Part shown: in pieces, positions 1-8,545 of the stretch | Layout: every line of letters starts with the position of its first letter | Position numbering within the stretch: the stretch's first letter is position 1 | The notes under the pieces: model-generated | Database searches by the model: none | Seen by the model: only the letters and a program-made list of their open reading frames with translations | What the model was told of the DNA's origin: nothing | Translations under genes and position numbers: made by a program | Sequence record: SRR20825019_1337 | Length of the DNA: 20,000 nucleotides | Strand: one strand, 5' to 3'

Positions 1-2
1 CA

Positions 3-416
3 GGCGGAGGAGAAGGAGTTGAAGATGAATCTCCTTTTGTTTCCATGTTCTTCGATGCCTATTTACCTGTTCCTCTTTTACCCAATCAACCGAAAATCAA
101 CGTAAATCCCAACCCAATAGAACGCCAGAGCAATCAGAATGGGGTGTTAAATTCGGAAGGTGATGATTTCGAGATTGCTATTCATCCATTGCCTATCGAT
201 GATTCAAGTCGATTATTAATTGATGTAAAATCGCCAATCACTGCGGAGATTTCTCTAACACATCTCGAAGGAAACAAAACGACCTATTCAGGAAAAAAGC
301 ATTTACCAATAGGAAAACATTCAATTGATTTGAATTTATCTGGTCTTGCCAAAGGAAGTTATGTTCTGGGTGTGAGCTCAGAATTTAACGTCCGTGAAAT
401 TGACTTCAATATTTAG
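3..416 (+). CDS. 3' end (5'-truncated) of a secreted protein with a T9SS type-A C-terminal sorting domain
   Basis: The frame is open from base 3 (GGGEGVEDESPFVSM...), so the ATG at 45 is probably internal. The last ~80 aa (FEIAIHPLP...ISLTHLEG...SIDLNLSGLAKGSYVLGV) follow the T9SS CTD pattern, with HPLP in place of YPNP and an LxxGxY motif. Confidence 0.7.
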   Translation, partial: GGGEGVEDESPFVSMFFDAYLPVPLLPNQPKINVNPNPIERQSNQNGVLNSEGDDFEIAIHPLPIDDSSRLLIDVKSPITAEISLTHLEGNKTTYSGKKHLPIGKHSIDLNLSGLAKGSYVLGVSSEFNVREIDFNI

Positions 417-470
417 ATAGGAAGTAGTTTCCATCGTTTTTGTCAAGAGAGTTATATTCTTCTAAATGTC

Positions 471-505
471 TTAAAAGCAGCCAAGGATTCCTCGACTGCT
501 TTTAA
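471..505 (-). terminator. Intrinsic terminator between convergent genes, possibly bidirectional
   Basis: TTAAAAGCAG (471-480) pairs perfectly with CTGCTTTTAA (496-505). The inner stem TCGAGG-AAT-CCTTGG pairs fully only on the minus strand, using G-U pairs. Confidence 0.75.
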
Positions 506-530
506 ATTTTATGAATTCTTTAGTTTTTTG

Positions 531-920
531 CTACTTCCCAACCAAGAGCTGTCTCAATTTCATATTTCTCAACCACAAACAGCCCCACACTAGTATTCCG
601 AAAATGACAGGGAAAATGATATTAAACAATGGATCGTGATGAATTATATGTGTTGCTACGGCTCCTCCAAGCCATGCAGAGAGTAGGGTTGCTCCAAGGA
701 GTGATGTTCTTGGAATCGCATAAAGGACTGTGCTTAGAAGAATAATCACTCCAAGATAAAACACCGATCCCTCAGGATATCCCATTTCCATTGCTCCAGC
801 AACAGCCATTTCTGTTTGGAGAAGGTTACTTAACGCCCCAATTAAAAAAAGTAGAGAAATGAGGGCTTGAAGAATATACGATGTCCAAATTGTAGCCTTT
901 GAAATAGATTTTGTTTCCAT
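531..920 (-). CDS. DoxX-like (DoxX_2) membrane protein
   Basis: About four hydrophobic segments and the motifs MGYP, LYAIPRTSLLGATLLSAWLGGAVATH and GCLWLR. The start is placed at ATG 920, 1 nt after the upstream stop; ATG 929 is an alternative. Confidence 0.8.
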   Translation of the reverse strand: METKSISKATIWTSYILQALISLLFLIGALSNLLQTEMAVAGAMEMGYPEGSVFYLGVIILLSTVLYAIPRTSLLGATLLSAWLGGAVATHIIHHDPLFNIIFPVIFGILVWGCLWLRNMKLRQLLVGK

Positions 921-921
921 G

Positions 922-1893
922 TTAGTCATTGTTTAGTTGAAAATTGATCATCCAATTAATTCCGAATTTGTCCGTGAAAGAACCGAAAAGTGCTCCGAAA
1001 AACATTTCCTCAAGGGGCATGGTTATACTTCCTCCAGTAGAAAGTTCGGTAAATAATCGTTGTGCTTCTTCTTTGGATTCTGGTTCCAGACTAATGTGCA
1101 TATTGTTTCCTTGAACGAGCGTAAAGCCCATTTCTTTTGGAGCATCGGTAGCCATTAAAACGTGTCCATTGATAAGTGGAAGTTCAATATGAAGGATTAA
1201 ATGCTTAATATTCTCTCCAACTTCTGGTTGACCTTCACCGCTAGGAATATCGCCAAAACGTTGAACGCCTTTTCCGCTAAACTCCGTTCTGAAAACAGTT
1301 CGGTAGAAATTAAATGCTTCTTCCGTATTCCCTGGGAAATTTAGGTACGTAACTACGCGTGGTTTTCCATCGGTTTTTAGTTCTCTTCGCAAAGATTGTT
1401 GCTGTAAAAAGTAAGTATCCAAGTTTTCTAGAGCCATGGTCATTCCTTCTTTGAATCCCATATTAATTGTTGCTTCAAGTTGACTTAAATCTCCATAAGT
1501 GGTGGTGTTTTCAACGATTGTGTTTTCACCATGTTCTTTAAATACAACTTCAAACGACGATTGTGGGAATTCTTCGTTTACAATTCCGTCTTGATCCGAA
1601 AATGCATCTGTGCCTGTAAAACTTTGCTCAGTAAAAATCTTGAGGAAGTGGGTGAGGCCCCAGTGTTCTTCTCCTTCTGGACCGCACATTGCATAGAGAC
1701 GAGTTCCTCCTTCAGTGAAATTCATATACTTTGTTTTGGAGACCCACGGTTTTGGAGCCCACCATTGATCTAGAATCTCTGCAACTGTCCACGCTGACCA
1801 TACTAAAGAACGATTTGCTGCAAATTCTCGCGTAATTTTGATCTGATTGTTTTCTTTGTCTACAGAAAATTCAAAAGCTAGATTAGTATTCAT
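922..1893 (-). CDS. SRPBCC/AHSA1 (START-like) domain fused to a PhnB-like VOC/glyoxalase domain
   Basis: N-half: ITREFAANRSLVWSAWT..LDQWWAPKPW..GGTRLYAMCGPEGEEHWG..MGFKEGMTMALENLD. C-half: YLNFPGNTEEAFNFYRTVF..ILHIEL..LMATD..MPLEEMFFGALFGSFTDKFGINWMI. Confidence 0.88.
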   Translation of the reverse strand: MNTNLAFEFSVDKENNQIKITREFAANRSLVWSAWTVAEILDQWWAPKPWVSKTKYMNFTEGGTRLYAMCGPEGEEHWGLTHFLKIFTEQSFTGTDAFSDQDGIVNEEFPQSSFEVVFKEHGENTIVENTTTYGDLSQLEATINMGFKEGMTMALENLDTYFLQQQSLRRELKTDGKPRVVTYLNFPGNTEEAFNFYRTVFRTEFSGKGVQRFGDIPSGEGQPEVGENIKHLILHIELPLINGHVLMATDAPKEMGFTLVQGNNMHISLEPESKEEAQRLFTELSTGGSITMPLEEMFFGALFGSFTDKFGINWMINFQLNND

Positions 1894-1895
1894 TT

Positions 1896-2210
1896 TTATT
1901 TGTTTTTAAGTGATAATAATACATCGTCTAATTGGTTGTAGCGCGCCTCCCAAAGCTGCTTGAATTGATCTAACCAAATGTCTAATTCTTTCATTTTGTC
2001 AAGTTTAAGATGGTAATGAATTTCTCTCCCAGACTTGGTTTGATCAATTAATTCGCATTCTTTCAGAATTTTAATGTGCTTAGAAACGGCTTGCCTTGTC
2101 GAGTCGAATTGTTCGGCAATGGCATTTGGTGTTAAGATTTGAGTTGCTAAGAGAACGATAATTGATCGTCTCGTCGGGTCGGAAATCGCTTGGAATATAT
2201 CTCGTTTCAT
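1896..2210 (-). CDS. ArsR/SmtB-family winged-HTH transcriptional regulator
   Basis: 104 aa with DIFQAISDPTRRSII, TRQAVSKHIKILKECELI and GREIHYHL; first gene of a tightly packed operon (1-2 nt gaps). Confidence 0.92.
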   Translation of the reverse strand: MKRDIFQAISDPTRRSIIVLLATQILTPNAIAEQFDSTRQAVSKHIKILKECELIDQTKSGREIHYHLKLDKMKELDIWLDQFKQLWEARYNQLDDVLLSLKNK

Positions 2211-2229
2211 CTGGGTGTATTTTTACATG

Positions 2230-2275
2230 TGCAACCGTATGGTTGCAAATATACGCAACTAATTGGTTTCGCAAA
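2230..2275 (-). promoter_or_regulatory. Bacteroidota housekeeping promoter overlapped by two palindromic operator sites
   Basis: Minus strand TTTG (2275-2272) - N18 - TATATTTG (2253-2246). Perfect palindrome TGCAACC-gtat-GGTTGCA at 2230-2247 and an imperfect copy CGCAACT-aatt-GGTTTCG at 2254-2271. Confidence 0.8.
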
Positions 2276-2342
2276 ATAAATTCACTTTTTTTCTATTATT
2301 CTGAGATTTATTTTTGGATTGATTCCAATTTCCCTTAGTAGA

Positions 2343-4691
2343 CTATAGCTTGGGAGTGTTACTCATTGTGAATACAATTTCGCCTCCATTTACAATGTCA
2401 GCATGCTTCAGATTGGTTCCCTTCACTAGTTTTCCGTTGATGGTGACGCTTTGCACGTACACGTTTGTTTTGCTTTGATTTTTAGCGCGAATGGTGAGCT
2501 TTTTGCCATTTTCCAAGTGAATAATTGCTTCTTTAACGAGCGGACTTCCAAGTGCGTAGTTCGGAGATCCAGGTGTAACAGGGTAGAAGCCTAATGCGCT
2601 AAAAACATACCAAGCACTCATTTGTCCTGCATCGTCGTTTCCGCACAAGCCATTTACTGTTGGACCATACATTGAACGGAGAATCATTCGAACCCGTTCT
2701 TGCGTTTTGTACGGTGCGTTTGTCCAATTGTACAAATAAGGGATGTGGTGTCCTGGCTCGTTTCCGTGAACGTAGTTGCCAATAATTCCATCGCGGGTAA
2801 TGTCTTCGTGCTGCTCGATGTATTTATCTTCAATTTCCATGGTAAACAAGGAATCTAAATGAAGAACGAAGCGTTCTTTTCCTCCCATCATTCGCACCAT
2901 TTCCTCAATATTCTGCGGAACGTAGAGTCCATAATTCCATGCATTTCCTTCGATAAATCCTTGTCCATGGGTGTCCATTGGGTTAAAATCGGGTCTAAAT
3001 GAACCGTCGGATAATTTAGGGCGCATGAATCCAATTTTCGGGTCATAAAGTGCGTTGTAGTATTCAGAACGTTTCATAAACTCCGACTCTAAAGAAGCAT
3101 TTTTGAGAATTCTCGCCATTTGAGCAATACACCAATCATTGTATGCGTACTCCAAGGTCTTCGAAACGGAAGAAGAGCTTTTATCTTCAGGAACGTAATG
3201 ATAATCGATGTAATCCCCAAGCCCATCAAAATAGCGAACATTGGCTGTGTTTACGGATGCTTTCAGGGCATGTTCTCTATCAAAGTCTCCGACATTTTTT
3301 ACCATTGCATCTGCAATCACAGATGTGGCGTGGTATCCGATCATGCACCAATTTTCATTTCCGTAGTGACTCCAAATAGGAAGCATCTTGTGAACGCTTT
3401 GATCGTGATGAGCGAGCATGGATTTAATCATGTCATTATTTCTCTGTGGCTGAGTAATATTGAACAGCGGGTGAAGCGCGCGATAGGTGTCCCAAAGTGA
3501 AAAAACGGTGTAATTGGTAAAGCTATCAGAGGTGTGAATGTTTTGGTCTAATCCACAATATTGACCGTCCACATCTTCATAGAGAATAGGAGAGAGGTTG
3601 GTGTGATAGAGCGCTGTGTAGAAAGTCGTTTTGTCTTCTGGTGAAAGCGTTGTAACTTCGATTTTTGAAAGTTCCTTGTTCCACTTTTCCTTTGCTTCCG
3701 AGCGTGTTTTGTCAAAGTTCCAATGAGGAATTTCTGCTTTCAAATTTTTCAACGCTCCGTTTGTACTTACGGATGATAAAGCAAATTTCATTTTGATTTT
3801 TTCTCCTTCTTCTGTATCGAAATTAAAGTAGGCACGAAGATCTTTACCTGCCATTTCTGGGAAGTTTTCAGATTGATTGAATTTTCTGTAGAATCCATCG
3901 TAGCTGATTTCATCGTATTTCTTGTGACCATAACTCTTGAAAGGCTTCGAAAATTGCATCGCGAAGTACACGGTTTTTGTTCTTGCCCAACCTTTTGTTT
4001 GGCGATAACCTGTGATCAAAGTATCATTTTCAATTCTGATAAAAGTCCAAATGTTTTTATTGTCGTGATGATAAACATTGTACACTAAATCTAGAATTAT
4101 GTGCGCGTCCTTCGATTTAGGGAAAGTGTATTGATGAAATCCAACGCGCTCGCTTGCAGTTAACTCTGCTTTTACGTTGTAACTGTCTAAGTCAACTTTG
4201 TAATATCCCGGCGATGCTTCTTCTCGTTCATGTGAAAAAGTAGAGTAGAATCCTTTGGTTCCATCGCTTGTTTTGAGTGGGGCTAAAACCAATTCTCCAT
4301 GGGTCGGCATCACAAGGAAATCACCTAAATCTGAATGTCCAGTACCGCTAAAATTGGTGTGGGAAAATCCAATAATTGTCGTGTCTCGATGTTGATATCC
4401 AGCACAATACTCGTATGTTTTTGAGTTGTACGAGCCGTCTTCATTGAACATGACTTCAAAATTAGTCTGTGGACTTAATTGTACCATCCCAAAAGGAACT
4501 GTCGCTCCCGGGAAAACGTGTCCCATCTTACTTGTTCCAATAAATGGATTCACAAATTGAGTGTAATCTTTACTTACTTCTTCGTTCGAGGGTGCAGGTG
4601 ATTTTGAAGGTTGACAACCAAAGAGGATCGAACTAAGCGTGAGGAAAAGAAAGATTGATTTTACGCCGAAAAAGGTGTTTTTTTTAGTCAT
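2343..4691 (-). CDS. GH92 family glycoside hydrolase (putative alpha-1,2-mannosidase), predicted lipoprotein
   Basis: VNPFIGT, FPGATVPFGMVQLSP, GFSHTNFSGTG, FSLWDTYRALHP, SVSKTLEYAYND, FIEGNAWNY, HGNEPGHH and GNDDAGQMSAWYVFSALGFYP motifs; lipobox-like LFGC at residues 23-26. Confidence 0.93.
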   Translation of the reverse strand: MTKKNTFFGVKSIFLFLTLSSILFGCQPSKSPAPSNEEVSKDYTQFVNPFIGTSKMGHVFPGATVPFGMVQLSPQTNFEVMFNEDGSYNSKTYEYCAGYQHRDTTIIGFSHTNFSGTGHSDLGDFLVMPTHGELVLAPLKTSDGTKGFYSTFSHEREEASPGYYKVDLDSYNVKAELTASERVGFHQYTFPKSKDAHIILDLVYNVYHHDNKNIWTFIRIENDTLITGYRQTKGWARTKTVYFAMQFSKPFKSYGHKKYDEISYDGFYRKFNQSENFPEMAGKDLRAYFNFDTEEGEKIKMKFALSSVSTNGALKNLKAEIPHWNFDKTRSEAKEKWNKELSKIEVTTLSPEDKTTFYTALYHTNLSPILYEDVDGQYCGLDQNIHTSDSFTNYTVFSLWDTYRALHPLFNITQPQRNNDMIKSMLAHHDQSVHKMLPIWSHYGNENWCMIGYHATSVIADAMVKNVGDFDREHALKASVNTANVRYFDGLGDYIDYHYVPEDKSSSSVSKTLEYAYNDWCIAQMARILKNASLESEFMKRSEYYNALYDPKIGFMRPKLSDGSFRPDFNPMDTHGQGFIEGNAWNYGLYVPQNIEEMVRMMGGKERFVLHLDSLFTMEIEDKYIEQHEDITRDGIIGNYVHGNEPGHHIPYLYNWTNAPYKTQERVRMILRSMYGPTVNGLCGNDDAGQMSAWYVFSALGFYPVTPGSPNYALGSPLVKEAIIHLENGKKLTIRAKNQSKTNVYVQSVTINGKLVKGTNLKHADIVNGGEIVFTMSNTPKL

Positions 4692-4695
4692 GTTT

Positions 4696-5661
4696 CTAGT
4701 CTTTTAACAGAATATCTTCAGATAATAATGTCAGTTTGTTTAGCTCAATTTGATAAACTCGACTCATTCCATTTTCACTTTTCGATAATTGAATGAGCAA
4801 TTCCTGTATAGATTTAAAATCGTTCGTTTTTTCGAATGAACTTCTTTTGCTGGTGAAATAAAGGATTCCCGATTGAAGATCGACGAAAGGGCAGTAATCC
4901 ATAGCTGCGGAATTTACTTCACTGCCTAAATTTTGAGCTTTCGACCAAGTTTCATTTTTCAATTTGTAACTGATGTATAAATCGCCACTTCCAAAGCCGT
5001 CTTCTCGTGCGTAAGCAGTGAAAAGCAAGAATTTCTCCTCTGGATCGATGTAGGCATTGAACTCGTATCCGTCTGAGTTAATCGAATCGGTCAATGAAAC
5101 GGGTTCGGAATATCCGTTTGATTCAAATCTACTAAAGAAAATATCATCTTTTCCTTTGGAATCAGATCTATCGCAAGTGAAATAGAGGTTGTTGTTATTC
5201 GTCAGGGATGGATAAAATTCATTGGAAGAAGTGTTTACTGGAGCACCCATGTTTATTGGATTTCCCCACGGTGCTTTTACGCTAGATCTCTCTACAAACC
5301 AGAGATCAAAATCTTTTGGTTCATCCGAGTCTTTATTCAAGGGGCGGTTCGAAGCAAAGTATAATCGTAGGTTATCAGGCGAAAGAAACGGTTCTAAATC
5401 TTGAAATTTGCCAGAGAATTCAGGAATTTCATCCAGCTTCCATTTGCCCCGCTTTTTCTTGATTCTAGTAATCACAGCAATGCCATCCAAAGGACTCAGA
5501 AGTGTTACATATCCTTCTTTTCCATCACTTGATACTGTAAAGTCGCGCATGTTTGGAAGCTCTGAGACGGAAGGAAACACTGGTTGTGACTTTGACGAGT
5601 TCTGTCCAAAAACAACTATAGGAAGTGCAATGGTTGTCAGAAAAAAAAGAAATGTTCTCAT
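4696..5661 (-). CDS. Exported PD40/WD40-like (TolB-like) beta-propeller protein
   Basis: Signal peptide followed by about five PD40 repeats (DLEPFLSPDNLRLYFASNRP, NEFYPSLTNNNNLYFTCDR, YEFNAYIDPEEKFLLFT, DYCPFVDLQSGILYFTSKR) with NMGAPVNT/NLGSEVNS linkers. Confidence 0.85.
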   Translation of the reverse strand: MRTFLFFLTTIALPIVVFGQNSSKSQPVFPSVSELPNMRDFTVSSDGKEGYVTLLSPLDGIAVITRIKKKRGKWKLDEIPEFSGKFQDLEPFLSPDNLRLYFASNRPLNKDSDEPKDFDLWFVERSSVKAPWGNPINMGAPVNTSSNEFYPSLTNNNNLYFTCDRSDSKGKDDIFFSRFESNGYSEPVSLTDSINSDGYEFNAYIDPEEKFLLFTAYAREDGFGSGDLYISYKLKNETWSKAQNLGSEVNSAAMDYCPFVDLQSGILYFTSKRSSFEKTNDFKSIQELLIQLSKSENGMSRVYQIELNKLTLLSEDILLKD

Positions 5662-5678
5662 GAATCAATTTAGTCTGG

Positions 5679-5710
5679 CTAACTTACCAATTCTTGATAC
5701 AGTGACCAAA
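5679..5710 (-). promoter_or_regulatory. Possible promoter for the PD40-GH92 pair
   Basis: Minus strand TTTG (5710-5707) - N20 - TAAGTTAG (5686-5679), one mismatch to TAnnTTTG, 17 nt before the ATG. Confidence 0.4.
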
Positions 5711-5719
5711 CTAAATCGG

Positions 5720-6070
5720 TTAATTTCCGTTTTCCGATCTCACTTGATTTGCGAGTTTTTTGGGAGCAACAAAACAGTATGCTGTGGTAAGTGCGTCCAG
5801 TAATAAATCAGGATGAACGGTATCCATTTCTACGTATGTCCAACCGAATTTTCCCCATTTATTATCTACAGGATAGATTGAAGGTTTTCCTGCTGCGGAA
5901 AATACATTTTGATCAATTTCACTAAGCTTAAGACAAGCGCGCTTGTTTAGAGGGTCGTAACTTGCAAATATTTTTTTCTTCACTCTAAACGAAGTGTACT
6001 CAAAGTGCGGTTCTTCGGTCGCCTCTGGGAATTCCAAAGCAATTTTCCTAAGTGTTTCTATACTTATCAT
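5720..6070 (-). CDS. MmcQ/YjbR family protein
   Basis: LRKIALEFPEATEEPHFEYTSFRVKKKIFA...VDNKWGKFGWT...ALTTAYCFVAPKKL. The start is more likely ATG 6070 than 6103. Confidence 0.85.
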   Translation of the reverse strand: MISIETLRKIALEFPEATEEPHFEYTSFRVKKKIFASYDPLNKRACLKLSEIDQNVFSAAGKPSIYPVDNKWGKFGWTYVEMDTVHPDLLLDALTTAYCFVAPKKLANQVRSENGN

Positions 6071-6198
6071 ACTAAAGCGTAGTAAGGTGAGGACTGAAAT
6101 CATTCAGAATAACTGAAAATCAAGAACATAATCAGAGTATTTGTCTAAAAAAGTCAAATGACCTGAATTTCGCACTATCCGAAATCTTCCTGCAAAAA

Positions 6199-6711
6199 TT
6201 ATTCTACTACAAACGCTTTGATCTCGAGCTTTGAAACTTTAGGATCCGTATTTGCCGTAACAGTTACGGTTTTAGTGATTTCATTCGCTTGTCCAGGCTT
6301 TGGTTTAAACGTTACCTCAATAACATCTGATTGTCCCGGTGCAATTGGTTTTTCTGGCTTTTTAGGAAGCGTACATCCACAGCTCGCAGAAACATCATCA
6401 ATAATTAATGGCTTTGTTCCTGTGTTTGTCACTCTAAAGCTTGTTGTGTTTTCGCTGCCCTGTTTTACTTTTCCAAAATCGTGGGTAAGCTTATCATACT
6501 TTAAAGAAGTCATCGATTGTTCAAGCTCTTTTGCTTGTCGCTCTTCTTCTTTTTCCATCGCTTTGATCTCTGCGAGCATTTTTTCATCTATTGGCTCATC
6601 GGAAGAAATCGCTGATTCTACTTCGCCGTTATATGCTTCAATACTCTTTTCAGAATCTCCACAAGCAGAGATAGCTGCAACAACACAAATTGAAAGAATT
6701 ATTTTTTTCAT
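6199..6711 (-). CDS. DUF1573 (Ig-like, CGC motif) lipoprotein
   Basis: MKKIILSICVVAAISAC lipoprotein signal, an acidic/helical linker, then HDFGKV..FRVTNTGTKPLII..SASCGCT..PIAPG..KTVTVTANT. Start placed at ATG 6711. Confidence 0.88.
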   Translation of the reverse strand: MKKIILSICVVAAISACGDSEKSIEAYNGEVESAISSDEPIDEKMLAEIKAMEKEEERQAKELEQSMTSLKYDKLTHDFGKVKQGSENTTSFRVTNTGTKPLIIDDVSASCGCTLPKKPEKPIAPGQSDVIEVTFKPKPGQANEITKTVTVTANTDPKVSKLEIKAFVVE

Positions 6712-6732
6712 ACCAGAATACATTTACGAGAT

Positions 6733-6740
6733 CAAAGATA
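6733..6740 (-). promoter_or_regulatory. Possible internal promoter (-7 element) for the DUF1573 gene
   Basis: Exact TATCTTTG on the minus strand, 21 nt before ATG 6711; the -33 element is not well spaced. Confidence 0.45.
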
Positions 6741-6747
6741 AAATAGT

Positions 6748-8346
6748 CTAGTGAATTTCACTCAATCCATACTGTTGATATTTATCAGACTCGATAATTT
6801 CAATCGCTCTTTGAAGAATTTCATTCGATTCGTTATAGATTTCATAAAATTGTTGGAATCCCCATAAATCGTTAGCCAAGGAAGCTTTTAAGCGGAGTTT
6901 AAGCAATGCTTCGCTCGTTTTATATTCTTCTTTGTTGAATTCAAGCTCTGCGTCTTGTTCTTTAACGTAATCGAAAAACTCATCCATAAATGCTTTGTCC
7001 AAATCAAACTTCTTCTTGAAATCAGCGAATTGAGGATACTTTTCGAGTACATTTTCTCGGTTCTTGTCAACGTACTCAAGTGCGAAATTGTTGACATATC
7101 CAGCTCTAACGAGTGCTGTGAAATAATCAGTAATCTCAGACGTATCAAGTGGAACGAAATAATCAGGCATAATTCCACCGCCTCCGTAAACTGTACGCTG
7201 AGTTAACAATGTTTTATGTTTAAGCGAATCGGGTAGTTTTATAGAATCCTGATTCATAAATTCACCGTTTAAGTAACGATCAGATAAATCCTTGCGATAC
7301 GCGTCTAGATCATCGTAAGGTTTTTGGATGAATCGGCCACTAGGAGTGAAGTAACGCGCAATCGTTAAGCGAATTTGCGATCCATCAGTGAGGTCAATTG
7401 GACGTTGAACTAATCCTTTTCCGTAAGATCTTCGACCAACAATTAGTCCTCGATCCCAATCTTGGATCGCGCCAGAAAGAATTTCACTCGCAGAAGCAGA
7501 ATATTCGTCCGTGAGCAAGATCAGTTTTCCTTTTTCCCATTGTCCTTTAGCTCCAGCTTTTAATTCGCTTCTTGGTTGCGCTCTTCCTTCGGAGTACACG
7601 ATTAATTTGTTGTCAGAAAGGAATTCATCAGCCAACGTTTTTGCGGCATAAAGTAATCCTCCACCGTTTCCTTGTAAATCGAAAATAAGGTTTTCCATTC
7701 CTTGACTTTTCAATGATTTCAAGGCGCTAGTAACTTCATCCTGCGAGGAACGTGAAAATGAATTTAACTTGATATAGCCGGTTTCTGGTGTAACCATGTA
7801 CGCAGCATCCACTGAGTTCACAGGAATAATGTCTCTCGTAATTACGAAGTCGAGGAGATCTTTATTCTTCTTACGCTGGATGGATACTTTTACTTTCGTT
7901 CCGCGATCACCCATAAGCTTTTCACGTACATCTCCATTTTTCAATCCTACACCGGCAACGGCTTTGTTCTCAATTGAAATAATTTTGTCGCCTGGAAGAA
8001 GACCAAGTTTTTCGGAAGGGCCACCAGGGATTGTTGCAACAACCATGAGAGTATCCTTTAGAATTTGAAAACGAATTCCAATTCCTACGAAATTTCCGTT
8101 TATTTTTTGGTTTGCGTCATCTACTTCTCCTTTGGAAATGTAAGTGGAGTGGGGGTCCAACTTTTCTAAGAGCGCAATAATTGCGGCATCTGTGAGCTCA
8201 TCCTGATTGACATCGTCCACGTACATTTGATTGATGTATGTGATGACCTCATCGAATTTTTGAGTTGTTGATACTTTTGAAGGATCTACTTGAGACCAAG
8301 AGATGACACTTGGAATCATAAAGAGTACTACGATGAAATTTTTCAT
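6748..8346 (-). CDS. S41 family carboxy-terminal processing protease (CtpA/Prc-like) with PDZ domain
   Basis: LDPHSTY, PDZ segment FVGIGI..GGPSEKLGLLPGDKII, GYIKLNSF, DLQGNGGG, catalytic Ser in SASASEI, Lys in SYGKGLVQ, and TIARYFTPSGR. Signal-like N-terminus from ATG 8346; ATG 8376 is an alternative. Confidence 0.93.
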   Translation of the reverse strand: MKNFIVVLFMIPSVISWSQVDPSKVSTTQKFDEVITYINQMYVDDVNQDELTDAAIIALLEKLDPHSTYISKGEVDDANQKINGNFVGIGIRFQILKDTLMVVATIPGGPSEKLGLLPGDKIISIENKAVAGVGLKNGDVREKLMGDRGTKVKVSIQRKKNKDLLDFVITRDIIPVNSVDAAYMVTPETGYIKLNSFSRSSQDEVTSALKSLKSQGMENLIFDLQGNGGGLLYAAKTLADEFLSDNKLIVYSEGRAQPRSELKAGAKGQWEKGKLILLTDEYSASASEILSGAIQDWDRGLIVGRRSYGKGLVQRPIDLTDGSQIRLTIARYFTPSGRFIQKPYDDLDAYRKDLSDRYLNGEFMNQDSIKLPDSLKHKTLLTQRTVYGGGGIMPDYFVPLDTSEITDYFTALVRAGYVNNFALEYVDKNRENVLEKYPQFADFKKKFDLDKAFMDEFFDYVKEQDAELEFNKEEYKTSEALLKLRLKASLANDLWGFQQFYEIYNESNEILQRAIEIIESDKYQQYGLSEIH

Positions 8347-8545
8347 ATATCTGGTTTGTTTTGTAGTCAAAAACATATTTAGCTTTTAAAGAACGGGAAT
8401 AAATATGGAATAGTATTCTATCACACTATAAAATATGTTAATTGAGAGTCAGTACAACTATACACATTAAATTGTTCAATGAAAATGAAAGGGATAGGTT
8501 AAAATGGCTATTATTTTTCGTTCCTTCGTGAAGGAAATATCAGAC

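Noticed and set aside
1531..5803. Short alternative ORFs overlapping the SRPBCC, arsR, GH92 and PD40 genes
   Set aside because: They overlap well-supported genes and have non-protein-like composition.
6218..6751. 177-aa plus-strand ORF
   Set aside because: It is the antisense shadow of the DUF1573 gene, Ser-rich and without recognisable motifs.
8407..8419. Short palindrome GAATA-g-TATTC in the S41/NlpC divergent region
   Set aside because: Arms of 5 bp in very AT-rich DNA are expected by chance.
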